From Strigamia acuminata (taxonomy: Eukaryota): a stretch of DNA of 64,000 bases. The notes below the pieces were generated by a model, which was given only the letters and a program-made list of their open reading frames with translations, made no database searches and was not told the origin of the DNA. This document shows positions 48,661 to 59,947 of this stretch, piece by piece. A program made the translations under genes and the position numbers. The stretch lies in assembly GCA_949358305.1 (NCBI GenBank), contig OX442314.1:15810001-15874000 (forward strand). Direction: 5' to 3'. Each line of letters starts with the position of its first letter. Position 1 is the stretch's first letter.

Positions 48661-51600
48661 ATGTCTACCGAGGAGAATATCATGGATGTCTCGTCACCCG
48701 AAGAAATCCATGAAACCGAGCGCTCCAATGAATTAGAAGTTGAAATCAAATTAAATCAGATTATAGATAATGTGGTAGAAAATATTGATGAACCTATTAC
48801 GGGAAAGATTGATTCAATACTACATGACAAAGGTGTCAACGGACTAAGGAACAAGCTGAATGCGACTGTTGCAGACATTTTACGAGCAGAGAAAAATGAT
48901 CAACGTCGGTGTTGTGATAAAACTAATCACTTCGAGATAATTTTTGAAAGTAATGGAGATAATGAAGCCGCAGAGGAAAGAGAATTGCCAGACGACTTAA
49001 TCAATAAGCCTTCGACTTCGGTTGTAAACATTAACGAAAGTACAAATTTTACTTCACACAAATTTGATCATGGTTATAATCGAACTGAACCTTCGTCTAA
49101 AAAAGTCGATGTGAAGTATGTTTCATTTTATTTTATCTTTTTAAATGTTTAGTGTTCGTATATGGCGTTAACGCTTTTTCTTGTAGAGAAAAATTAAAAA
49201 TACGCGATGTTGCCGCGTCATTATTAATGCTCGGCGGTAAAAAGCAGTCTAAAAAGAGGAAGCAGCAATTTGATTCGAGCAATTTACGCAGTAATGAAAG
49301 TAAACCCGTTTGAATTTTTAAATTAAAATTAAATACAAACCAATATTTATAATGTAGATGATGTTAATCCAAGCAATACCGAAGCAAATCCGGCTAAGCG
49401 AAAACGGTTTCCACCTTTTGCTAAAAAACCGCAGAATAATTCAGCACGATGTGTAGAACCATTTAAAAAGGGTAAATCTTTCTAGAAAATCATTTTATAA
49501 ATTTTATTTTAAAAACGTTATTCCGGATTTAGGTTGGAGGCGTGAATTAGTTCATAGGAGGGTTGGTGCTACTGGTGGTGTACATTCGGATGTTTATTAT
49601 TTTTCTCCTTTGGGTGTCAAATTGGTATGTTTATTTTGCCACTTTGTTTTAATTATACATTTACGTTTTTTTTTTATTTCAGCGGTCCTATCGAGAAATT
49701 TCCGATTATCGTAAGTATTTATTCACAAATTGAGTTGTTGAAACCTAGTATTTGATTTTGTTTTTTTCAGTGAAAGAAATAAATGAAGACAGTTTGTCAC
49801 TAGATTGCTTCACGTACAAAAGGACGTTAATTTATCAACCACCCGAAGAAATCGAGCGAAATGCGGGTGAAAGCGGTCCAAAAAGCATTTCTTATAGGAA
49901 AAAGAAACCAAGTGGTAAATATATTTTCATTAAAAGTACCTTTTATTTATTTAATTTTGATTTTTTTTTCTTCCAGTTATTTCTCCTTCAACAAGTGCTC
50001 CAAAGGCACCGTCGAAATCACCCAAACAGCCTAAGCCTAATCGACCATCATTATTAACCAAAATTAACAAGATCAGAACGGCCACCAAGAAGATAAACAA
50101 GTATGGATCATTTAAAACGAAACGAACCAATTTTTAACGCTTTTTATTTGGCAGAACGGTTAAAAAAGTAAAACTCGATAGTGTACCGTGCTCCTTAAGT
50201 TGTCCAGGACAGCAAGGCATATTACCGACGTTGCTGTGTGATATTTGCCTGTGTATGTTTCATCCGCAGTGTGTTAACTTAACAAACGGCGAAACTTCTT
50301 TCCTTTGCATCGTAAGTAATTACCGCAACAATTCCTCGATCAAATCATAAAAAAATAATTTAATTTTTAATTTTTTAGAAATGCATTTATCAACGGACTT
50401 ATCTAAACAAAAAACAAAGAGGAAAACCCACGGGACAAGGGCCCGAATTACCAGCGGATTCGAATCACACAAATGGTGCAGACATTATAGAAATAGACAG
50501 TGATAACGAAACTCCAGTTTCCGTCGAAGTTCGCTCATCTATTATATCAAATAATAACGACACAAAGAAAATCGAAGTAGCACCTTCTTACCACCTTTTG
50601 CCGCGCTTGACCCCCGCACCGCAAGGAATTAAAACTTACTCAAAGTTAGATGGGCAAGCCGGGACGAATCGTCCACTACCGCCGCTCAAAAGGGCTCAAT
50701 TTGCATTGAACCAACCATTGAAACCAGTAAAAATCAGCGGGACTTGGATTCCTCCGAATCAGTTACCACCAAAAACGATTCAGCTAAGACAGCCACCACC
50801 ACTCAAAATGGTTATGCTGCCTCCTAAAGACACGATTGCTGGTCCCGTGACACACAGACCGCCTCCGCCTCTCATACAGCAACGCTCAATGGTGCCCGTT
50901 TCGTCTCAGTCTCGTCTGTTGATGGTTCCCATATCGATTCCATCAATGAGCAATATTCTGCAGGCAAACGCGCCCAACTCACAGGCTCCTGCATCTCCGT
51001 CGCTGCCTTTGAACTTGACCACATCGTCTCCGGTTGCAACGCCCAGTGACGCAGCTCAGAAACCGGGGGTTGTCACTATGATTAACAATATGGTTATAAA
51101 CAACATGGTGATGAACAATGTGGGGACGATGAAATTTTGTTTAAAAACAAACGGCGGAAATGTGACCGAAGTTTTAGTGCCGGAAATTAAGCCGACGAAT
51201 GCGGCAACTCCGCCGCAGCCAAAATATATCGTGACGGATAAATCTGGCAAGCCGAAGGGTCTGGTTGTTGGGTTTGGAAATTCTGTTATTCAGTTACCGA
51301 TTTTGAACAAGATAGATTCTTATCAGCATGATACTTCGGGTGGGATTATTTCTGTTCCTTTACCTAATTCGAGTTCGAGTATTCTTATGCCTAAGTTGCA
51401 AACGACGTCGAATGCGGAGGGATTAGCGAAGAAGGAACTAACTAAAGAAGAAGAGACTCAGTCTGACGGTACTAAAAATCAATGCTTTGGGAATGAGGAA
51501 TTCATTCTTCCCGATTGAAAATTGTTATTTTACTCGCGGTTATTTTGTATTTGATGTTATTTTATTTGTTGGATATTATTTACAATTTTTATTAAGCGTT

Positions 51601-53647
51601 TATTTCGTAAGATTTATTTATTTTTTTATCCTTTGAGCCACTGAATTTTGTTATCTCACTTTGTAATCGTTATTTTTCGTATTTTGTGTGTTAACAAACT
51701 TGATGACATCCGAGCGAATCGTTAAGTCAATCTTACTGTAAAGATTTTGTTTCCCACAATTTTATTTAAAATAAAAATGTATTGACGAAATTTTTGCCGT
51801 TCAAAATTATTCGTTCAAGTGGCTTAAAGGGTGAAAAAATTATTTTCAATTTGTACAATTTTGATTTTTCTCTAGGTGTTGGAAAAGTGGCTCGAGAGGA
51901 TAGTGATTGTGAGTTAAAGGAGGACGAGCCAAACAAATGTGATGTACGTCCAGTTGTACCCAATATAAAACGTTGTTTTGCTGGATGTACCGCGCTGCTC
52001 AGAGTATTTGAGTATCTGTCGCACGGCGATTTGTCTAGAGCTCGATGCGTGTCACAAAGCTGGAATTGGTGGGCTTCTGATGCGGCTTTGGTAAGGAGTA
52101 CATAGTCTCTAGAATATACAACTCATAAATAATGTTAATTTTAGTGGACGAGCATAGATTTAAGCGGAACTTGCGTGCATGATTGGAACAAATTAGCGGG
52201 GCTAATTAGAAAGTTTAAATCGACAAGATTGGTAATGGTTTTAATGATTTGTTATTAGGCTTTATTTAGTTAAGTTGGTTTGTTTTTAGGATTTGAGAAA
52301 AATGAAGGTGTTTGAAGATCAGAATAGAACTTGGCATTGTTTTCTTCTAGTTTTAAAAGATCTTGAAATGATCGAGCATATTGATTTTGGACACATCCCC
52401 GGTGCATTTCTGCAACCGATTGCTAGAAGTTTGTCTCGATTAAAAGTTTTAACTGCCGAATGGATAGTAGAATATACGTAAGCATCAATTGTTGAAGTGC
52501 TGCGGTTGGTTTTGAAATACTTTATTCTTATTTTTGTTTAGAAACAACAATTGTCGTTTGGATTTTGGAATCTTTGGAAAACTAAAATGTTTACGAAAGC
52601 TTCGATTAAGAGGAATTTCTGGTCTTCAAGTACAGAATATCACGACAGAAGGACTTTCCTCGTTGGAAGATCTGAATCAGTTGGTTCATTTGGTAAAGAA
52701 AATGGATTTTTTTTTTAAAATTTAAAAGTGGTTTGTTGATATTTTTTTTTCAATTAGTCAATAACTACTCTTCGTGACGCTCCTGCGTCTGATTTTGAAG
52801 TGATTAAGTCCCTAAAACAACTGAAGGAATTAGATTTGGGCGATTGCAAAAATTGGACAGCTGAAGTATGTGGAATCGAAATAGATTTTACATAGAGTTA
52901 TAAATCTGGTTATAAATTATCTGGATTTTAAATTTGGTGGAATCGTAACATGGGATGGGGTTTCTTTAACATTTTTTGAATTTTCTTTTGTAGACTTATA
53001 ATTATTTGAGCGAGTTAACTGAACTAGAAAAGTTAAGACTAGAAGTTGGTACTGCGTTTCCCGATGACTTATGCTATTCGTCGTTATCAAAACTGAGCAA
53101 GTGAGTTTTTTTTTACATGCGAGCTAATTTTTTACATTAAAAAAAAATTTCTTTTTCTTTTAGGTTGAATTATTTGGAGTTAAATGATTTTCAAATTAAT
53201 AACAACTTAATACCAGTGTTGAAGCACTTACCACAACTTGAACACTTAAATATTTCACCAAATTGTGAACAAAATGTACATGAAAAACGCTTTTTGATAA
53301 TATGTTCAACCGAAACTAATTGATTTTTGTTCATTAAACAGAGTGAAAGTACGAATACAATCATCTTTGAGGGATTGCAAGGTTTAAAAAATTTGAAAAT
53401 TCTCGAATGGAAACTGTTGACCAAACGTACCACCGTAAACAATTCAACTAATTTAGAAAATGGTATAGAAGAACTCACAGTTTCACCCTCTAGTGTTGAT
53501 AATTGTGATAGTAAAGGAGAAAAAGTGATCATTAAAGAAAATGACGCGTGCATTCCATTTGTACTGAACGGTACGAGCAAATGTATAACGATCGACGAGC
53601 TGTGGGATAAAGTGCAAGCTGTGTGTTCTAATGTAATATTTCAATGA
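48661..53647 (+). CDS. MBD + PHD-like finger + Pro-rich linker + F-box + leucine-rich repeat protein, multi-exon
   Basis: MBD: PFKKGWRRELVHRR...SDVYYFSPLGVKL|RSYREISDY...LSLDCFTY. Cys/His finger: CSLSCPG...LCDICLCMFHPQCV...FLCI|KC. F-box: LLRVFEYLSHGDLSRARCVSQSWNWWASDAAL|WTSIDLSG. LRRs: LRKLRL, LKELDLGDC, LEKLRLE, LEHLNISP. Linked by in-phase intron 51469-51875. Confidence 0.85.
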
Positions 53648-54082
53648 ACATTCGCAACAAATATATTTATACGAACTTTGCATCAATATCAATGAGAAAC
53701 ACTGTTAAATTTTAAGATTTTATAAAATATCACACTAAATGATATACTGGTGATAAGTATATATATATAACACAAATTAAAATGTGATATAATGTTGCTT
53801 TTTAATTCTTCTCATTTAAAAAATAAACACCAATTTTTTTTTTTAATTTTATTTACAAAATAATAGTTATTTATAAAATGTCATCTAGATGGTAAAAATT
53901 AAATAAAAATGACGGATTGCGTCAGCTATTGCAACTATCTGCATTATTCTAGTCGAATGCTCGTCATTGGCATGGCAGTAATAGCTGCAAAAAGCAAAAA
54001 TAACGATTTAGCTACGTCAATCAAAATTATAAAAATAAACGCTGTTTATTTTATACTTACATTGGATTAAATCAATTTTAAT

Positions 54083-54259
54083 TCAATACGGGGATTTCGA
54101 GAGCAACTCGATCCGTTTTTGAGTCTCAACAAGTTTATTAGTTAAATGTTCACGTCGCTTTTTCAGATAGTCTATTCTCCATTCTTTAACCATGTAACCG
54201 ACAAATACTCCGGATAAAAATGATGTAGCAAGCACCAAGACGAAAACGTTTCGATTCAT
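54083..54259 (-). CDS. MTLN: Mitoregulin-like 58-aa mitochondrial micropeptide
   Basis: MNRNVFVLVLATSFLSGVFVGYMVKEWRIDYLKKRREHLTNKLVETQKRIELLSKSPY aligns ungapped with human mitoregulin as recalled (FxSGVxxG...R..YL..R...L..KL..TQK...L); spliced 3' UTR (intron 53985-54060). Confidence 0.85.
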   Translation of the reverse strand: MNRNVFVLVLATSFLSGVFVGYMVKEWRIDYLKKRREHLTNKLVETQKRIELLSKSPY

Positions 54260-54564
54260 GACAAACTCGTCAATCGTACACAGCAAACCGCAGCAATTTC
54301 TATTTTTATCATAATTGTACCCAATCCTCGCGAGATGTCGATCTAGGCGCGTTACGTAATGAAAGTACGAATATGAGTAGTTTATGACGTCGATGAGTGG
54401 TTTTATTAGGAGTAAAATCAATTAGATACATAATAAATTTTTAAAAAATCCTGGTAAAGAATAGAAGTAGAAGCTAAAACGTTATACGCCCTGAAAGAAT
54501 TTCTTTAGAGTCAATTTACTCGAAACGAAATCTGGATGACATGTGTCTCGAGTGTCCGACGTTT

Positions 54565-54578
54565 CCACTAGAGGGCGA
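54565..54578 (+). promoter_or_regulatory. CTCF-like motif
   Basis: CCACTAGAGGGCGA is a near-consensus CTCF core, in the divergent promoter region between the MTLN-like gene and the next gene. Confidence 0.5.
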
Positions 54579-55532
54579 TAGACCGGTAAGTAGAACGGGT
54601 TTTGCCATGCTCGAAGAGGTTGGCAGCAGTCTGTATATTTATCCATCCTCGTGCAAACAACAGTAATATTTAGCCTATCCATACCTTAAAGTGTTAACAG
54701 GTACGTTTTAAGTTTAATTTTGTATATTAGATAATTTTTTTTAAAATTTAAAATCATTAGAATCCGCAAAATTAAATTTTTCTTACAATTTTCGTCTAAT
54801 TTTTAAGATCCGCATACTTAATTAATATTTTTTTTCTAGATAATTCTTACGTAAGAAAAAAGAATCAATTTCGCTTTATTTACGTAAATATTATTGAGAA
54901 ATTGGGCTTTGAAAACACAATAAATAGAATTACCCAAAAATTACGTAATTTTTTTGAAAAGAAATAACATTCGTCAATAACATTTGAATACTCCATTTTG
55001 TGCTTTGTGAGTGATGTAAATTACAGGTGTAAAAAAATGTTAATTCTACCACAACAGTAAAAAAAATATATAAAAATATTATTATCGGGCATTTAATAGC
55101 AACCGAATTACCGTGATATTTTAAAGCTGTTAATGTGTAATCTTTATCTAAACAAGATAATCATTGGCAGCTACTGAAATCACAACTAAAAGAGCAACGT
55201 TGACTTATTGCTGGACAGACTCAATCTCTTATCACAAGATCAAACCAAAACGCTTTGCATTCGTTTTAATTAATTTACAGAACCACCGAGATCAATATCA
55301 CGTGATAATTACTCCCACTTGAAAAATGATATTTTTATGTCAGAAAAAGTTTTTTTTTTTAAAACTAATTTTATTTTTTAACACTTGTATTTTTTCAGAT
55401 TGAAACCCGCTCGACTTTTATTCCGGCTTTTATTTCGTGCGTTTACATAACCATGGGAAAGAAAAGCGCACTTTCGGATTGGTGCGAGCATGAATTTCAG
55501 TAATAAATCAACCAAATGTGTTTGAGAATCAT

Positions 55533-56399
55533 ATGCCGGTATCAGTTATCAAGTACTGGTATATTGAGCTTCGAGTACATTCCTGTATGAATGTTGTGGA
55601 AATGGTTGTTGAACAGCTGTCAGTCGAAAGAATTGAATGCCAAATAGACATAGAAGCGAAACCGCACGTGAGAAGCAGTGAACCTAGTCACACATCGAAT
55701 GTTAGAAGATTGGTCGATTTTTACAATTCAGTATTTGAAAACAATTCGGATATGAAAGCGAGCAACGGCAAGATGTTTTCCTTGGACATCACCGTGTCGA
55801 ACAATCTGTACAAATCGTTTTCTTGGTCCAATCTGACCACCGTTGACAATTACGAAAGCGACGAAGGCTACGCGAGGACGAATCCGTCGAGTCCCGCGAC
55901 ACCGAACAGCCCGAATGATTTTCGACCGCGACAACAAAGCGGTTCGGATTTGCTGGACGTCCAGTTTAATAATACGAAATCTCGGTCTTGCTTCGATTTG
56001 ACGAGGAGACCGGCGTCGTTGTTATCGTTAAATATTGACTCGATGTTGAGGAAAACTAGATCGAACAGCTCGGATTCGGCCGTGGAGTTGCCGGGCGAAG
56101 ACGTGATGAGACTGACTAAATCGAAGCAGCCGAAAGGAGACCATATTGATGATAAAACTAATTCTGATCGATTGAGTATTGCACCAGAGGTGGTTATCAG
56201 TGATTTCAGCACGGTCGAATCGCCGGACTCGGATCCGTATAGTTCCGACAATGCTCTTAGTTTCGAGGAATTTGGCAATCAATGGAAGTTATCCATGAAT
56301 AGGAAACTATCGGACTGTAGCACGTGTTCCCTCGCATCGTCAACGTTGTCGCTGGATGAGGATTATGAAACTCAAGCTGAGGATCTGTCGCTCAATCGG
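55533..56399 (+). CDS. Large N-terminal coding exon of a probable inositol-trisphosphate 3-kinase (ITPKB/IP3K2-like); catalytic exons lie outside the window; start codon uncertain (55533/55587/55602)
   Basis: GC-richer Ser-rich ORF ending at CGG|GTGAGT. The segment IAPEVVISDF...RKLSDCSTCSLASST...DEDYE resembles the IPAVIITD...RKLSSSSASST...EDSEED segment preceding the calmodulin-binding and kinase domains of ITPKB. The family call rests on short motifs only. Confidence 0.5.
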
Positions 56400-59300
56400 G
56401 TGAGTTATGAAATTTATAAATACAAAAAATATTTTAAAAAATTTTAGAAATTGAAATATTTTTTTATTCTTATACTTTTTAAAGTTGGTGATTGAAATAT
56501 TTTTTAGAAATTGCGAAAGGTTTTATGAAAAATGAAGAATTGTGTACAATTATTTTTGTTTTTCATTTTGCAAGTTGAGATGTTTTTAGTGTTTTGCTTT
56601 TTTCCCCCACTAAAAAACAATTGAATGGAATTTAAGTTCTAACTAAAGGGCTTTTTGGTGTATCAAATTACCTTTTTGAGGATTATTTCGCGAGCAGATG
56701 TTTTATTTTTTAGCTTGGAAGAGATTGTGGTGTTGATACGAGGAGCTAGACTTGTAGTTTTTATTCAATTCAAATTAAAATACATCTACGCAGCTGTGCA
56801 CAGAAGTCGGGCCCGTGCGGTTAAGGGGCCTGTAATTTTAGAATTTAATGGTCAATTATTTAGCAGCATTAGCACTGATGGTGTGGTCCCACAAACCCAC
56901 TTGAAGGGTTTGATTTAGCTTGAAATAAAACAAGAATGGTTATAAATCAGACAGGAAAACGGGTCTTGACTTTTCTTTTGCTACATCCTTTTCGGAGCGA
57001 ACGATGGATGACACTAGTAAGAATAACAGGATTTTGCTGGTTTCCTGTTTAAACATCATCGGGGCCATTTAAAATAATGTGAAAGTAATCATAGCCGGTT
57101 TAAGGTTTTATTTTTTTTTGTTTTTAAATTTTAATCGTGGTGTGAATGGAGGAAATACATATAAAAATCAATTATTTCAAAATGATTTAAGAATTTCAAC
57201 ATTGAGTTTGTTTTTGTTTTTAAAAATTATTCTTGACGAATTTCCGTTGTTTGTTTTCTGCTAAATGACGTGGAATGACTGAAGAAAGAAAAAAAAACGA
57301 GTTAAGCAATACGGTATATGAAATATTTATGCTATAAATAGATCCGTTGAAAATAAATATTAAGTTATTTTGAAAGGCTTATTCTTGAAAAGGTTGCTTT
57401 GTTTCTCGTTTCTTGTAGCAACCACTTGAGCATGAGCAATGTTTACAACTTGTCATGCCAAGTGAAGTCTGAAATGAACTTTTTCTTAAAGGTCAGAGAT
57501 TGTTATAATTATACGGATTATATTCTAAATTCTCGAAGCTTAATAACTTTATGGCTGCATGGTTAGCTTGATAGTAAATAGTAATCGCGTTAAGAAGTTT
57601 GAAAATTCATTGAAATAAAATTTTCTCAAAGACACTAAAGTAGGCGCATTCCTATTTTAAACAATATATTTAAAAACTGCTTGTTTTGTTTTGTCACACT
57701 GGGCATGCGCGTGACATTTAAACAACGAAATATGCCCAACTGAATTGTGAATGTGCCCTGTATAATTTTGGGGCAGATTTTTGTGTAAAATCGACAAGTT
57801 AATGATAATGATATTGTTTCATATATATGTCATAAAAATGCCAATCGGTTCAGGTCCTGGGGAATTATTAGACTCGAACTACAGCTCCCCAATAATAACG
57901 CACTGCGCACTCCCAACAGAACAAAACCTTGTTAATTTGTTATGCAGTATATGTGACAAAATTAGGTCGGAGGATAAATTACTGCACACTGTCTGGTCTA
58001 TAATAATTTAATATAACATTTTGACAAATTTTGACAAATTTTCAAAAAATGAGAAGTTTGAGAAATTTTTGACAAATGCTGTTGGAAAATGACAAATTTG
58101 AATTTTTTTTTGTTTGGGGGCCCCCTGCAGGTGCGGGTGGTACCCAAGCTATGTGTGGTCTTTGGGGTGTTTACTGTGAAAGCTACTACTCAACTCCAGT
58201 AAATTACTTCTATAGCAAATGGGTGTTCAACTCTGCCCAAGGCTGGCGCTATTGTAGGCTGTGGTGAAAATTAATTTTTCGGTCATCGAGTTATTTTGTT
58301 TTTGGTTTTGGTTGTTGAAACTTGTTCGAAACTACTCGGATGAAAATGCTTTTTATTCTCATGGCTTTTTAATGTGGGATATGTCATTCTTTTGTACACA
58401 CCTTGCATCAATTCATAAATATCCAATCTGAATGAAATACTTTGTAGCAATTTTTTGAGTTTGTGACAAATTTATTGGTCTAAATACGTTCAGACTGTCA
58501 TGTACTTGAATTTTGAATTGATTCGTTGACTTTACAAACTGAGATATTTTTAATTCTAATAAAAAAATTACAACTTTAAAACGATGACATAATAAATGTA
58601 GACAATTTAATTAATTGCAGATACTTTTAGTCGTTTGACTTATGTTTTGATAGTGTTATTTTTGTATCGTATTGAATGCAAATTCAAAAGGAACATCTGT
58701 CTATTGTAAGTTATTTTAAAGGGCGTGATAAGACCTATCTTAAATAGGAAATTATAAGAAAATTTAACGGAAGTACCGTAATTTGAATAATGGATGATGA
58801 ATGAGATAACAAGTAGGAATTGTTATCCTGCTATTACGTCACGATGTAAATATGGATAGACACTTAACTGTGGCTAGCATCTAACATTCATTTCAAATTA
58901 ATAAAGGATGAAAGATTGTGGTTGAATACTGGAATTCAGAGAGAGTTTCTTCTCAAATTTTTTTTATTTTTTGTTTCGATTCGAATATTTTATTTGCTGA
59001 TTTTATTTTGGGTCAAATCACCTGCTGAGATTAAACCTCACATTTGTAACTCATTCTGTCAGAAGCTTAAATTGGAACACTAAATAAATCAGATGATTTT
59101 TTTTAAAATAAAGCAAAACATGTTGAATGAAAATGAAGATGTTCCAAAACAGTTAGTTACATGATTAAACAAAGCAATCGACTTTCCATTGGGCGATTAC
59201 CGATTTCTCTATTTTCATAATTAATTCGAGTATGTATCGCCATTAAAAGGCCGGTAACCCAATGGTAGATTATTGCTTTTTTTTGTTCCAATGTACTGGA

Positions 59301-59774
59301 AAAATTCTCCTTTTTTATTGGTTCTTAGGAAATTTGGAATATTTACGACCGATTTCTGCAGAATCATAATAATTTTGTTTTGTTTATGGTTTGATTGACA
59401 TATTTTTATATTTATGTTGTAATTATGTTAACAACGCTAATTACAGTTTGCTAAAAGGAAATGTATAGTTCATTAACACGACATATTTTATCACTAGCAC
59501 TACCGTGAAGAATTCAAATTTGTAAACATTTAAGCGAGGTGTTGACACGCGCGTATAAAGCAGGAAAAAAAGCTTTTTGAACGAGCATCATTCGTTGATA
59601 TCAATTAGTTACATCATTATTGCAAATGAGGTTTAGTAATCGGCCTTTTTTTGTTTGATTGTATCTCGGTTTTTAAGGATTTCTGGATTCGATATGTGCA
59701 TTGTAATAAAGAAGGCGTTTAAGGCGTGAAAATAATTTAACCCATTTTCAGAAACGTATGTGGCTGGTGTAGGT

Positions 59775-59947
59775 TTGCATAAAGCCAAACCTGTCCTGTA
59801 TGACGTAGCACATTTAAAAAATTAAATCCCTAAGTTTGTGTTGACAGCAAAAACTCAGATTTCATTTCATACGTTTTTATTTATTTATACCTGACGACAT
59901 GTGATACGTCATACGAGACAGGACTGACAGGTTTAGTATTTACGCAA
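59775..59947. repeat. Imperfect inverted repeat (foldback / MITE-like)
   Basis: Left arm TTGCATAAAGCCAAACCTGTCCTGTATGACGTAGCACAT (59775-59813) is complementary, with a few mismatches and indels, to ATGTGATACGTCATACGAGACAGGACTGACAGGTTTAGTATTTACGCAA (59899-59947). Confidence 0.65.

Noticed and set aside
54260..54421. N-terminal extension of the 112-aa ORF-track call
   Set aside because: Begins at a non-ATG codon and runs through promoter/UTR sequence; mitoregulin similarity starts at ATG 54259.
58015..58270. Short TTTTGACAAA repeats followed by a GC-richer patch with GGGGCCCC
   Set aside because: May be a transposon fragment, but no terminal repeats or transposase similarity could be established.
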